From Myxococcota bacterium (GTDB lineage: Bacteria > Myxococcota > Myxococcia > Myxococcales > Myxococcaceae): a stretch of 42,280 bases of DNA. A model generated the notes under the pieces. The model saw only the letters and a list, made by a program, of their open reading frames with translations, was not told where the DNA came from and did no database searches. Position numbers and translations under genes: made by a program. Below, in pieces: positions 8,082 to 17,908 of the stretch; positions within the stretch are counted from its first letter, which is position 1; every line of letters starts with the position of its first letter. The stretch covers positions 1 to 42,280 of the forward strand of contig JBMORE010000005.1 of assembly GCA_049322255.1 (NCBI GenBank), read 5' to 3'.

Positions 8082-11000
8082 TTACTGCCGAAGCTGGCTG
8101 CTCTCCACCATCGGGTCGAGGACGAAGCGGAACAGCGTGCCCTCTCCCGATGTCGCCGGCTCGACGTGCAGCTCGGCTCCGCTGCGTCGCGCCAGTTGCC
8201 GGGCCACCGCCAAGTCGACGTTCAGGCGCATGGTCTGGCCGGTGGGGCCGTCGGGCTCGACCGAGGGCTCGAAGATTCGATTCCGGTGCTCGGCGGTGAG
8301 CTCCAGGCTGGGGTCGTTGATGCGCACCTCGGCCCCGTAGGGCCCTTTTTCCACCCGCACGGTGAGCGGCGCCTGCGCGTCATCGAGACGACGGCTCTTG
8401 GCCGACAAGTACGAGAGCACGTTGATGACCGCGGTGCGCAAGTCGTCAGGAGCCACCAGCGCCTCGACTCCGGCGTCCAACCGAGGGACCACCGCTCTGG
8501 CATACGAGGGTAGACCACGCAGCCCTTCTTCCACCACCGAGGCCAGCTCCACGCGGAGACGACCGGACGGGCCGCGCAGATCCGCCAGACGATGAAAGCT
8601 GCTCACCAGGTTGGAGATCCGCTGCACCCCCTCCAGGGTCTCGGGCAGAACCTCTTCGAGGTCGGAAAGCTCGGCCTCCGCCGCCAAAAGAACGGGGGCG
8701 AGGTCATGGAGCGCGCCCTCGGCGTCCCCCGCCGGGTGACGCTCCAACGCCCGCGCCGCCATGCGGGACGATTCCCAGAGCCGATGCCACGTCTCGGCTT
8801 GTCTCTTCAGCGTGTTCAAATTGCTCTGCACGAAGGCGAGCGGGTTGTTGAGCTCGTGCGCGACGCCACCGGCAAGCTTGGCGACCACCGCCATCTTCTC
8901 TGCCTGCACCAGCTCGTCCTGAGTCCGGCGCAGCTGGGACATGCTCCGGGACAGCTCGGAGTTGCGCTGCGCGAGCTCGGTAGTCCGCTCGCGAACGCGC
9001 CGTTCGAGGTCCCGCGAGAGCGACTCCAGCCGGGTGAAGCCTTCTGCGTTCTCCAGCGCGGCGCCGGCCAGGGCGGACAGGTACTCCGCGAGGCGGCTCT
9101 CTTCCTCTCCGAACAACCCCGCGACGTGCTGGTGGGTGATGTAGAAGCAGCCGGCTGGTTTTCCCCGCACTCGGAAGGCACAGCACAGCGCCGAGCGCGC
9201 TGCGGAGAGGAGCACACTGTCCCCCGCATCTTCCGAGAGCCCTTCGGCGAGGATTTCTGGCTTGCCGGTCTGGAGTGCGCGCTGCACCAGGGCACGGCTA
9301 AAGCCCTCGCCCACGGCGGCGAAGACCTGGCCCTGGTCGTCCACCGTCAGGACGGTGCAACGCTCTCCCCGGAGCAGGGTCAGCGCTCCGTCATGCAGGG
9401 CCAAGTACACCGCCTGAACGCTCAAGGAAGTGGCGATACGACGCCCGCATTCGAGCACCGAATCGAAGCGATCGGCCAAGGAGAAGGTGGGAACCGTTGG
9501 GGCGGACAGCGGTCGCCCGGCCACCTTCGAGGCGGAACCGAAATCGATGGCCCACTCCCCGTCCAGCGCCACCAGCGCCGCCATCCCTTCCTCCACATCT
9601 CGAGCTGCGCTCGGCCAGCCGAGCGGAAGACCCACCTGGCCTCGCGCCAACAAGCACTGGGCGTGCTCGAAACGAGCGCCCAGTTGGTTCGCCACCAAGA
9701 CGGCTTCATCGAACAGGGCCTTGGCGCGCCGCGGCTGGCCGCGCATCGCGTGAAGCAGCCCCCGTTCCCGAAGAACATGAGGAAGGTTGTTGCGAAACGC
9801 CCGGGCCCACCCCATCGCCCGCTTCGCCGAACGGGTCGCCACGGCCAGAGCCTTCCCACGTCCCACTGGATCGGTGGCTGGAGCCTTTTGCGCGAGCAGG
9901 CGCTGGGTGGTCAAAAGCCACGCGGAAATGGGAGAGACCCACTCGTTGCGGGTCTTGGCGCGGGCCACCTTCCGCTCGGCGTCCTTCAGCACCGACTCGG
10001 CCTGCGCCACCTCTCCTTGCGCCAACAGGCGAATCGCCTCGGCCTGCAGAACGGTCACATGGGTCTGCACGTCGTCGGTCGGCAGGCTCAGCGCCTCGCG
10101 TACCAGCTCGGCCGGCAGGGCGCCTCCGGCGGCCTTGGCCCAAATCTCCAGAGCGATGGCGCACGCCCGAGCGTCACCCACCTCGACCCCCTCTCGACGG
10201 ACGCGGTGAGAGAGCTCCAGCGCATCGCGTAAAGCGCCTCGGCGAAACTTGCAGTAGGCGACGTTGTAGAGCGCGTTGCTCACCTCCCAGCGGTCTCCCG
10301 TTCGTCGCAGCGTCCGCTCCGCCTCTTGGAGCAGCTCTTCCGCGTTGGGCAAGTTGGCATCGGCCATCTCCACCAGGCCCCAGAAGTGAATCGACTGCCC
10401 CTGGCCCCAGACATCGCCCAACGCCTTGCGGATGGAGAGCCCTCTTTGGGCGTAGTCCCTGCCTCGCTGTGCGAGAGGGACGGTGCTCACGACCACCGAG
10501 TGGTTTGAATAGGCCTGAGCCAGCTCGGCGGTGGGTGGGAAGCGCTCCGCCCGGTTCATCTCGTTCAAGTGGGCCCAGAAGGTTTCCACGGTGCCACGCT
10601 CGAACCAGTAGGCGTACGCGAGGCGACTGAAGAGGCGCACCGCGAGGAGCTCGGCCTCGGCGCCCGCAAGAGGGCGACGGCCGAGGAAGACCCGCGGAAA
10701 GAGGGAGTGCAGCAGCTGAACCAAGAGCTGGCCCACGACGCCCGCCAAAAACCCCAGAGCGCTTCGCGGAATCTGTCGGCCCAACAGGCTCAAGCCCCCT
10801 TCGATCGCCCGGCTGGCCGCGCCCATGTCGCCACGTTTGAAGGCGAGCTCACCCAACTTGCCTTGGATCTGCGCCCGCTGGACGGGGCCAGTCGCAAGCT
10901 CCAAGGCGGCCTCGAGCTTCCCTTGCGCCTCCCCGTACCGCCCCAGCAGCATCCAAACGTCGCCCAGCCCTTGCGTCACCTGGAGCCTTGTTGCGACATC

Positions 11001-13208
11001 GGCTCCGGCCATGCCGGCTTCGGCCATCTGGTAGTACCGCGCTGCCGTTTCCAAAGCGTGCTGCGCGCGCGCGAGCTCGGCGGCTTTTTGCGCGTGGGGC
11101 AACGCGCGTTCCGGATGTCCTCCCTCGAAGTGGTGGTAGGCCAGCTCGAAAGACCGGCCGCTGCGCTCGAGGTGAGCGGCGGCTCTTTGGTGAAGCCGCC
11201 GGCGCGCCTCGTCGGACAGCTGGCCCAAGAGGGCCTCGCGAATCTTGTCGTGGACGAAGGTGTACCTGGCCCCTTCGGCGTCGGCCCAGACGAGCTGCAG
11301 GCGGCGGCACTCGTCCAGCGCCGCCAAGGTGGTGCTCGCCTCCATGTCCGCGAGGGCGGCCGCGGTCGCCGAGTCGAACGCCTTTCCCAGCACCGCCGCC
11401 ACCTCGAGCAAGCGCAGGGCGGGAGCAGACAGTCGCGCGAGCCTTCGGGTGAGAAACGCCGCCGCTTGTCGGCTGGAGCGAAGCTCGTCCATCGCCACCT
11501 GCTCGATGCGCCAACCCTCAGGGTCTTTCACCAGGGCGCCGCCCTCGACCAGGCCCTTGAGCACGGCGCCGGCGAGAAAGGGGCTGCCCTCACAGAGGCG
11601 GCCCAAAAGCTCGAGCGCCTCGGCCGGGAGCTTGCCGGCCATCGACTCTGCCAGCCGGCTCACCTCGCCCGCGGTGAGCGGCCCCGGTAACAGATGAGCC
11701 ACCGGCTTGGCTCGCCGGAGCGCGGCGTCGGCGGCCACCTCCTCGCTACGAAAGGCGGCGACCACGACCACGTGTTTGGGCGGGTCGGTTCGAGCGTTCC
11801 ACTGCGTCAGGGTGCGCATGGTGAGCTCGTCGGCCCACTGACAGTCGTCGAGGAAAATCACCACCGGCTGTTGGGCGCCTCCCAGCGCGTTCAAAAGAGC
11901 GATCACCGCAGCGCTGGCGCGTTCCTGACCGAAAATCTCCGGGCCATCCACCTCACCTCCGGTGGCGAGCACCGGCCGGAGCAGGGGCATCAACGAGCTC
12001 AGCGCGGAGGAATGGTCCACCAATGCCGGCCGTGCCGCGACCAAGAGCGACAGCTGGTCGTCGACCAGGGCTCGGCAGACCCCTTCGAGTACCTGAAAAG
12101 GGAGCTGCGCCGTCTGGTCGACCGCCTGACCTCGAAGCACCACGGCACCTTGGCGCAGGGTGCGTAGCGCCAGCTCCTCCATCAGTCTGCTCTTGCCTCC
12201 GCCTGAGGCAGCTTCGAGCAACACCAACCCTCCCCGGCCCGCACGGGCTTGGTCGAGCACCGCCTCGAACCGGGTCAGCTCTTCCTCGCGACCGACGAAG
12301 GACGGCTCGGCGATCGTCGGCCGCTGGTCGTACAGACCAATCACCATCGCGGGCTCGCTCTCCCCGCGCTCGAGCGCCTGAAAAATCGCGGCCAAGTCCT
12401 GCTCGGCGGCCTTCGCCGACTGGAAACGGTCCTTGGGCTCCTTTTGCATCAAGCGGAGCACCACCTCCTCGAGCGCCCGGCACACCTGCGCGTGCTCCCG
12501 CAGGGGCGGCGGAAGAGCGACGAGGTGCTGGCGCAGCACCTCGCTCGCGGTTTGCCCATCGAAGGGCGGACGCCCGGCCAGGCACTCGAAGAGCATCACC
12601 CCGAGGGAGTAGAGGTCGCTTCGCTCGTCGATGTCCCGGCGCATCAGCCCGGCCTGCTCCGGCGCGAGATAACGGACGGTGCCCACGGGAATGTCTCGGA
12701 GGGAGGTCTCGAGCTTGGCACTGCGCGCCAGCCCGAAGTCGATGAGGGTCGCGCGATCGATGGCGGCCTGGTCGGGAACAATCACGTTGGCGGGCTTGAG
12801 GTCGCGGTGGAGCACCCCGTGCGCGTGCGCCTCGTCCAACCCCAACAGCAAGCACCGCCCCACCGCGAGCGACTCCCGCATTCCCAACGGGGAGCGCCGG
12901 AGCCGTTCTTGGAGGGGGATACCTTCGACGTAGCGGGTGACCAAGTAGAGCGTCTGGTCCGCCTGCTGAAACTCGAGTAGGGGACTGAGGTAGGGGCTGC
13001 GTACTTCGTCGAGCACGTGGGCCTCATGGGTGAGGCGTTGCGCGGCGCCCTTCGAAATCGCCTGCGTCGAAGCCACCTTCAAGATGACTTTCTCGCCGCT
13101 GGCGGTGTCCACGCCCCGCCAGGTGGCGATGCCCAGCCCCTCCTTGAGCAGAGCTTGCGCCTCGAAACGGCCGTATCGCTTCGGTACTTCCGACGGCAAG
13201 GCGCTCAT
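8082..13208 (-). CDS. Hybrid Ser/Thr kinase - AAA ATPase - TPR - GAF - histidine kinase-like protein (~1708 aa)
   Basis: VILK, HRDLKPAN, DFG, GTVRYLAPE; Walker A ASGGGKS and Walker B VIFLDDCQWAD; TPR-like helices; GAF (RSALCCAFRVRGKPAGCFY); H-box AGGVAHELNNPL; degenerate HATPase. Start taken at ATG 13208. Confidence 0.92.
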   Translation of the reverse strand: MSALPSEVPKRYGRFEAQALLKEGLGIATWRGVDTASGEKVILKVASTQAISKGAAQRLTHEAHVLDEVRSPYLSPLLEFQQADQTLYLVTRYVEGIPLQERLRRSPLGMRESLAVGRCLLLGLDEAHAHGVLHRDLKPANVIVPDQAAIDRATLIDFGLARSAKLETSLRDIPVGTVRYLAPEQAGLMRRDIDERSDLYSLGVMLFECLAGRPPFDGQTASEVLRQHLVALPPPLREHAQVCRALEEVVLRLMQKEPKDRFQSAKAAEQDLAAIFQALERGESEPAMVIGLYDQRPTIAEPSFVGREEELTRFEAVLDQARAGRGGLVLLEAASGGGKSRLMEELALRTLRQGAVVLRGQAVDQTAQLPFQVLEGVCRALVDDQLSLLVAARPALVDHSSALSSLMPLLRPVLATGGEVDGPEIFGQERASAAVIALLNALGGAQQPVVIFLDDCQWADELTMRTLTQWNARTDPPKHVVVVAAFRSEEVAADAALRRAKPVAHLLPGPLTAGEVSRLAESMAGKLPAEALELLGRLCEGSPFLAGAVLKGLVEGGALVKDPEGWRIEQVAMDELRSSRQAAAFLTRRLARLSAPALRLLEVAAVLGKAFDSATAAALADMEASTTLAALDECRRLQLVWADAEGARYTFVHDKIREALLGQLSDEARRRLHQRAAAHLERSGRSFELAYHHFEGGHPERALPHAQKAAELARAQHALETAARYYQMAEAGMAGADVATRLQVTQGLGDVWMLLGRYGEAQGKLEAALELATGPVQRAQIQGKLGELAFKRGDMGAASRAIEGGLSLLGRQIPRSALGFLAGVVGQLLVQLLHSLFPRVFLGRRPLAGAEAELLAVRLFSRLAYAYWFERGTVETFWAHLNEMNRAERFPPTAELAQAYSNHSVVVSTVPLAQRGRDYAQRGLSIRKALGDVWGQGQSIHFWGLVEMADANLPNAEELLQEAERTLRRTGDRWEVSNALYNVAYCKFRRGALRDALELSHRVRREGVEVGDARACAIALEIWAKAAGGALPAELVREALSLPTDDVQTHVTVLQAEAIRLLAQGEVAQAESVLKDAERKVARAKTRNEWVSPISAWLLTTQRLLAQKAPATDPVGRGKALAVATRSAKRAMGWARAFRNNLPHVLRERGLLHAMRGQPRRAKALFDEAVLVANQLGARFEHAQCLLARGQVGLPLGWPSAARDVEEGMAALVALDGEWAIDFGSASKVAGRPLSAPTVPTFSLADRFDSVLECGRRIATSLSVQAVYLALHDGALTLLRGERCTVLTVDDQGQVFAAVGEGFSRALVQRALQTGKPEILAEGLSEDAGDSVLLSAARSALCCAFRVRGKPAGCFYITHQHVAGLFGEEESRLAEYLSALAGAALENAEGFTRLESLSRDLERRVRERTTELAQRNSELSRSMSQLRRTQDELVQAEKMAVVAKLAGGVAHELNNPLAFVQSNLNTLKRQAETWHRLWESSRMAARALERHPAGDAEGALHDLAPVLLAAEAELSDLEEVLPETLEGVQRISNLVSSFHRLADLRGPSGRLRVELASVVEEGLRGLPSYARAVVPRLDAGVEALVAPDDLRTAVINVLSYLSAKSRRLDDAQAPLTVRVEKGPYGAEVRINDPSLELTAEHRNRIFEPSVEPDGPTGQTMRLNVDLAVARQLARRSGAELHVEPATSGEGTLFRFVLDPMVESSQLRQ

Positions 13209-13221
13209 GTTGAGTCGAGGT

Positions 13222-13255
13222 GCACAGCAAAAACTGTGCTGCGCAACAGTTGCCA
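13222..13255 (-). promoter_or_regulatory. Two short inverted repeats / possible sigma54-like promoter upstream of the hybrid kinase
   Basis: GCACAG-N6-CTGTGC (13222-13239) and GCAAC-A-GTTGC (13243-13253). The minus strand reads TGGCAACTGTTGCGC (GG-N10-GC) followed by an imperfect AGCACAGTTTTTGCT. Confidence 0.3.
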
Positions 13256-13316
13256 GCAAGATCCGCGACCTACGCCGCGACCGGCTGGGTCGCGCGCGAC
13301 CTCACCGAATGCAGTT

Positions 13317-15032
13317 TCAGGGAATCTGGTGGCCGTGGGTGCCGAGGTAGCTGCTGTATCCGGCTGTCAGGTTGCCACTGGCGTCGATGATGTTGTCGCC
13401 CGGCGAGCCCGTGAGGTTGTCGGCGGACTGCACCCGCGAGGGGTCGCTCACGGACTCCAGCGTGATCCGGTCGGTGCCGCCGGCGCTGTTGACGATGACG
13501 TTCTTGTAGAACCGGAAAGGTCCGTCGGGCGATGACGCCTCGATGTTGCGGACCCGCACCGTCCCTTTCACGGTGTTCCGATAGATGTCGATTCGTCCCG
13601 CCATGCCGTCCTGGTTCACGTCCATGGCCCAGACCGAGGGCGAATCGACGCAGTCGAACCGATTGAACCGCCACTCCCCCGACGCGGTTTCGCCCTGGCC
13701 TCCGCCACCGAAATTCATGTTCCCGTACAATCCGGCGTAGGCGCCAGTGTTGCCGTGGAAGTGGCAGCCGCGGACCTCGAAACGCGGCACGTGTGCTTTG
13801 AGGTCTGGGCCCCACACGGAGCTCCTGAACCGGCAATCTTCCCAGAGCACTTTCTTGTGGGAGTACAGCTTGATTCCACCAGGGGCATTGTCGTGGAAGT
13901 CGATGTCTTGGAAAACGCCGTACCAGGTAGGAGCGGCATAGTTCGAGAGGGTCATGATGCCAGCCGAGTTGGCGCCGTCGATCGCTTGCGCGATGTCGTG
14001 CACGTCGAGGCGACGGAACACCGAATAGTGACAGGAGCCCGAAGCAAACTGGAGCGCGATGTGCCACGAGTGCGTGAGCTCGAGCCCGTCGATGTAAACG
14101 GGGTAGGTGGTCGTCCCCCCCAACCGGATGAACCGGCCGTTATTGACGTTGGGCACGTAATCGTTGTCGATGACCGGCTTCTCGCCCGGATAGGCGAGCC
14201 ACTGCACGGGATGAGCCGCGCCGGTGAATTCGACGCGCAACCACGCAGTGCCGCCGGAGACGGCCATGCCGCTGGTCCGGTACGTGCCGGCTCGAAAGTA
14301 GACGATGTCACCGGGCTGGCCGCTCGACTTCACTTTGGCGAGGGTAGCCCAGGGGGCCGCCAGCGACCCGTCGTTCGCGTCCGATCCACCACCGCTGCTG
14401 ATGAAACGGAAGCCGGCCGTGGTGACGGTGATGGTCCACGGGGCCGAACGCTGCGCTCCGGCCGCATCCGTCACCGTGAGGGTTGGGCTGACGGTGGTGC
14501 CGCTGGGGTTCGGCCAACGGATTTCCCCGGTCCGCGCGTCAACGGTCATGCCCGGCGGCGCACTGCCGAGGCTGAACCTGTAAGGGTAGGAACCGCCGAT
14601 GACAGCCGCACGGATGTTGTACTCGATGCCCGGGTACGCCTTGAATATGCGATGTCCGCTCGGCATAGAAGGAACGCCTGGATCCGACGAAGGGGCTGTT
14701 CCCGCTTGACGAGGCAGGACGAGCTCGAGCGGATACACTTCGGGCTCACCGGTACCACCGTCCCACGCCGTCCCGGCATCTGGTGATGCTCCGGCATCGG
14801 ACGTGATGCTGGCGTCCGGCATTGCTCCGGCTTCCGCCGGGCCACCGGCCTCGGCACCCGTCGATGCATCGAGCTCGACGGACGCATCCGTTCCATCAGC
14901 GCCCGGGGCTGCGCTGCAGCCAGTCCAGACCTGAATGCCAACTGCGAGCGCGAGTAAAAGCAATACCCTGAACGAGCCCGACCCACTTCCGGCACGGCGA
15001 GATGTCGCACGACGTCCAGCGCCTTGGTTCAT
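13317..15032 (-). CDS. Putative lipoprotein with Ig-like domain and right-handed parallel beta-helix (pectin-lyase-like fold)
   Basis: Hydrophobic stretch ending WTGC; DAS/DAG low-complexity linker; putative Ig motif YRFSLGSAPPGMTVDARTGEIRW; GSDANDGSLAAPWATL motif and GDIVYFRAGTY typical of beta-helix N-termini; FHDN/FHGN/IYRNT/FYKNVI repeats. Confidence 0.8.
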   Translation of the reverse strand: MNQGAGRRATSRRAGSGSGSFRVLLLLALAVGIQVWTGCSAAPGADGTDASVELDASTGAEAGGPAEAGAMPDASITSDAGASPDAGTAWDGGTGEPEVYPLELVLPRQAGTAPSSDPGVPSMPSGHRIFKAYPGIEYNIRAAVIGGSYPYRFSLGSAPPGMTVDARTGEIRWPNPSGTTVSPTLTVTDAAGAQRSAPWTITVTTAGFRFISSGGGSDANDGSLAAPWATLAKVKSSGQPGDIVYFRAGTYRTSGMAVSGGTAWLRVEFTGAAHPVQWLAYPGEKPVIDNDYVPNVNNGRFIRLGGTTTYPVYIDGLELTHSWHIALQFASGSCHYSVFRRLDVHDIAQAIDGANSAGIMTLSNYAAPTWYGVFQDIDFHDNAPGGIKLYSHKKVLWEDCRFRSSVWGPDLKAHVPRFEVRGCHFHGNTGAYAGLYGNMNFGGGGQGETASGEWRFNRFDCVDSPSVWAMDVNQDGMAGRIDIYRNTVKGTVRVRNIEASSPDGPFRFYKNVIVNSAGGTDRITLESVSDPSRVQSADNLTGSPGDNIIDASGNLTAGYSSYLGTHGHQIP

Positions 15033-15133
15033 ATGGCCGTTTAGCGTCGCCCAGAGGGGACGACCTTACACCCAAAGAGCAACTGGTCGAGGCCACTCCG
15101 TCTGCGGGCCGTACTGGATGTCTTGATGGCAGC

Positions 15134-16642
15134 TTAAGCCGGCTCGGTCTTCGCTGCGGGCTTGGGGGCAACCGACGGCTGCGAAGCGCGCGGCCAGCCC
15201 TGGAAGAGGCTGGAGAGGCCGACGTAGGCAAAGCCCACCAAAAAGAGCACCAGGAAGGGAAGCGAGGCGTAGATGTGCTTGTCGTAGGCAAACCAGGTAG
15301 CGCCCAAGAAGTAGAGGGCGAAACCCAGCTCGAGCGCGGGCAGCCAGTTCTTCTTGCCCCGGTAGGCTTTCTTCACCGTCCCCACCGCACGGCCCTCCGA
15401 GCCGGTCTTGGGAGTACGGGTAAAGCCGGACTCTTGGTTGAGCAGCGCCTCCATCACCGCGCGCGCGTTGTTGAGCGCCAGCCCGATGCCCAAGGACATC
15501 AAGAAGGGCAGATATTTGAGCCGGCCCCACCAGCCCTCGCCCAGCTCACGCTGACTGGCCACGTAGAAGAAGCACACCGAGGCGGTGGCGGTGAGGAAGA
15601 AGGGCAGGTCGAGAAAGAGGGTGCCGTACAACCCGTGCTGGAAGCGCACCAGCATCGACACCGGCATCAGCACCGAGAGCAGCACCATCAACAGATAGGC
15701 CATGTTGTTGGTGAGGTGGAAGAACGCCTCGCGCTTGACCGCAAAGGGCAAGTCGCTCTTCAAGATGGTGGGCAGAAGCTTCTTCGCCGTCTGAATCGAC
15801 CCCTTGGCCCAGCGGTGCTGCTGGCTCTTGAAGGCGTTCATGTCCACCGGCACCTCGGCCGGGGAGATGACCTCGGGCAAGAAGACGAACTGCCAGCCCT
15901 TGAGCTGGGCGCGATAGGAAAGGTCCAAGTCCTCGGTGAGGGTGTCGTGCTGCCACCCGCCCGCGTCCTCAATGGTCGATCGCCGCCAGATGCCGGCGGT
16001 GCCGTTGAAGTTGAAGAAGCAGCCCGAGCGGTTGCGCGCGGTGTGCTCGATGACGAAGTGGCCGTCGAGGAAGATGGACTGCGCCTGGGTGAGAATGGAG
16101 AACTCGCGGTTGAGGTGCCCCCAGCGCACCTGCACCATGCCCACCTTCGGGTCGGCGAAGAAAGGCACGGTACGGGAAAGAAAATCAGGGCAAGGCACGA
16201 AGTCGGCGTCGAACACCGCCACGAACTCACCCTTGGCGGTGCCCAGGCCGTTGGCCAGCGCGCCCGCTTTGAAGCCCCGGCGGTCGGTGCGGTGGAGGTA
16301 CTCCACGTCGTGGCCGCTCTGGCGCAGCCGCTCCACACAGGCTCGGGCGATGGCGCAGGTCTCGTCCACCGAGTCGTCGAGCACCTGAATCTGGAGCAGC
16401 TCCCGCGGGTACTCGATGCGACAGGTGGCTTCGATCAGCCGCTCCACCACGTACATCTCGTTGAACACCGGGAGCTGAATGGTCACCCGCGGCAGGTGGG
16501 CCAGCCGCCCCTTTGGCGTGGGGAGCTTGAACTTGTGCCGGTAGTACAGGAACGCCATCCGGTACCGGTGGGACCCGTACACCGCGAGCACGGTGAGGAC
16601 GCTGAAGTAAACGCCCAGGAATGCAATCTCGACGTTGGTCAT
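15134..16642 (-). CDS. Processive GT2 glycosyltransferase (cellulose-synthase-like, CslA/CslC-type)
   Basis: [40 protein letters not shown] (QxxRW), multiple TM helices; start ATG 16642. Confidence 0.93.
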   Translation of the reverse strand: MTNVEIAFLGVYFSVLTVLAVYGSHRYRMAFLYYRHKFKLPTPKGRLAHLPRVTIQLPVFNEMYVVERLIEATCRIEYPRELLQIQVLDDSVDETCAIARACVERLRQSGHDVEYLHRTDRRGFKAGALANGLGTAKGEFVAVFDADFVPCPDFLSRTVPFFADPKVGMVQVRWGHLNREFSILTQAQSIFLDGHFVIEHTARNRSGCFFNFNGTAGIWRRSTIEDAGGWQHDTLTEDLDLSYRAQLKGWQFVFLPEVISPAEVPVDMNAFKSQQHRWAKGSIQTAKKLLPTILKSDLPFAVKREAFFHLTNNMAYLLMVLLSVLMPVSMLVRFQHGLYGTLFLDLPFFLTATASVCFFYVASQRELGEGWWGRLKYLPFLMSLGIGLALNNARAVMEALLNQESGFTRTPKTGSEGRAVGTVKKAYRGKKNWLPALELGFALYFLGATWFAYDKHIYASLPFLVLFLVGFAYVGLSSLFQGWPRASQPSVAPKPAAKTEPA

Positions 16643-16723
16643 TGCTGGTGCTGGCCCCTCCACGGCAACCCCAAGGCCCTCTGACAGCGGCCGCCTCCCC
16701 GCCCCCATGCTGAGTGGGCGGGC

Positions 16724-16753
16724 ACCATAGGGGCAGCCCGATGTGCGTGTCAA
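16724..16753 (-). promoter_or_regulatory. Putative sigma70 promoter for the GT2 gene
   Basis: Minus strand TTGACA (16753-16748) - 18 nt - TATGGT (16729-16724), about 80 bp upstream of the GT2 start. Confidence 0.55.
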
Positions 16754-16789
16754 ATGATTACGGGGGGTTGAAGAGACCGACCGCTCGCG

Positions 16790-17761
16790 TCAACCGCACC
16801 CGGCGATGAGCGCAGAGGCGCCAGGAAGAGCCGGAGCCGCTTCGCCCACGTTCACCTGGTCGAGCGTGGCCAAGGAGAGGATGCGCTCCACCAAGTCTTC
16901 GAAGGACAGCCCGGCGTGGCCGGCAATCTTCGGGAGCAGGCTGGTCTGGGTCATCCCCGGCAGGGTGTTCACCTCGAGGACGACGTCGTTCTCCGTCTGA
17001 CTGCAGAGCACATCGACGCGGGCATACCCCCGGCACCCCAGCGCCCGGTAGGCGGCCAGGGCCAGCACCTCGATGTTGGCGATGCGAGTGGCGGATAACC
17101 GCGGAGGCAGGAAGTAGCGTGCCGAGCCTTGGTACTTGCTCTGAAAATCGAAGGTCTGGGTGGGGAAGGAGATTTCGCAGCTGCCCAGCACCCTTCCACC
17201 CAAGATACCCACCGAGAGCTCCCGGCCCTGAACCCAGCGCTCCACCAGCGCCAAGCCGCCGTAGCGGCAGGCGTTCTCCACCGCGGAAGGAAGCTCTTGC
17301 GCGCTGCGCACCACCGAAAGCCCCACCGAGGAGCCTCCGCAAGCAGGCTTCACCACGCAGGGAAAGCCCAAGTCGCCGTGCAGCTCCTCGGCGCGAGCGG
17401 CTTTTTCGCGGCCAAGAGAGTAACCCGCCGGGGTGGGCAGGTTGTGCAGCCGGAAGAGCTTCTTGGCGTAGGTCTTGTTCATCGCCAGCGCCGAGGCGAG
17501 CACCCCTGAGCCGGTGTAGGGCAGCTCCATCACCTCGAGCAGCCCCTGCACCTTGCCGTCTTCGCCCATGCGACCGTGCAAGGCGAGGAAGGCAACGTCC
17601 AGCGGCGCGGCGCGCAAGGCTTGGTCCAGTCCCGGTCCGGCGAGGATGCGGGTCACCGCGTAGCCGCGCGACTCCAGCGCCAAGGAAACCGCCTCACCGG
17701 TCTTCACCGAAATCTCCCGCTCCTCACCCCAGCCGCCCATCAGCACGCCGACTCGACGCAT
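16790..17761 (-). CDS. ddl: D-alanine--D-alanine ligase
   Basis: GG..EREIS, LHGRMGEDG, YTGSG, KPACGGSSVG, FDFQSKY, ARVD, EVNTLPGMT; GGAG RBS before ATG 17761. Confidence 0.95.
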   Translation of the reverse strand: MRRVGVLMGGWGEEREISVKTGEAVSLALESRGYAVTRILAGPGLDQALRAAPLDVAFLALHGRMGEDGKVQGLLEVMELPYTGSGVLASALAMNKTYAKKLFRLHNLPTPAGYSLGREKAARAEELHGDLGFPCVVKPACGGSSVGLSVVRSAQELPSAVENACRYGGLALVERWVQGRELSVGILGGRVLGSCEISFPTQTFDFQSKYQGSARYFLPPRLSATRIANIEVLALAAYRALGCRGYARVDVLCSQTENDVVLEVNTLPGMTQTSLLPKIAGHAGLSFEDLVERILSLATLDQVNVGEAAPALPGASALIAGCG

Positions 17762-17908
17762 TTTCTCCTCCAACGAAAAGCCGCTGTCGGTTTGGCCAAA
17801 GCACCCACGATGCCAAGCGTCGGGATGGGCGCGCCCTCTCGTGGAGGAGAGCGGCTGGACAGGTGGCGTGCGGGTGTGCTGCCGCACCATCGCGTCCCTT
17901 GGGAGACG

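Noticed and set aside
16790..17761. Possible Van-type D-Ala-D-Lac ligase
   Set aside because: The omega loop keeps the K-Y pair (FDFQSKY) typical of D-Ala-D-Ala ligases, and no vanH/vanX genes are nearby.
17762..17908. Possible riboswitch or ncRNA upstream of ddl
   Set aside because: GC-rich, but I could not identify a convincing conserved motif or terminator; an Rfam search would be needed.
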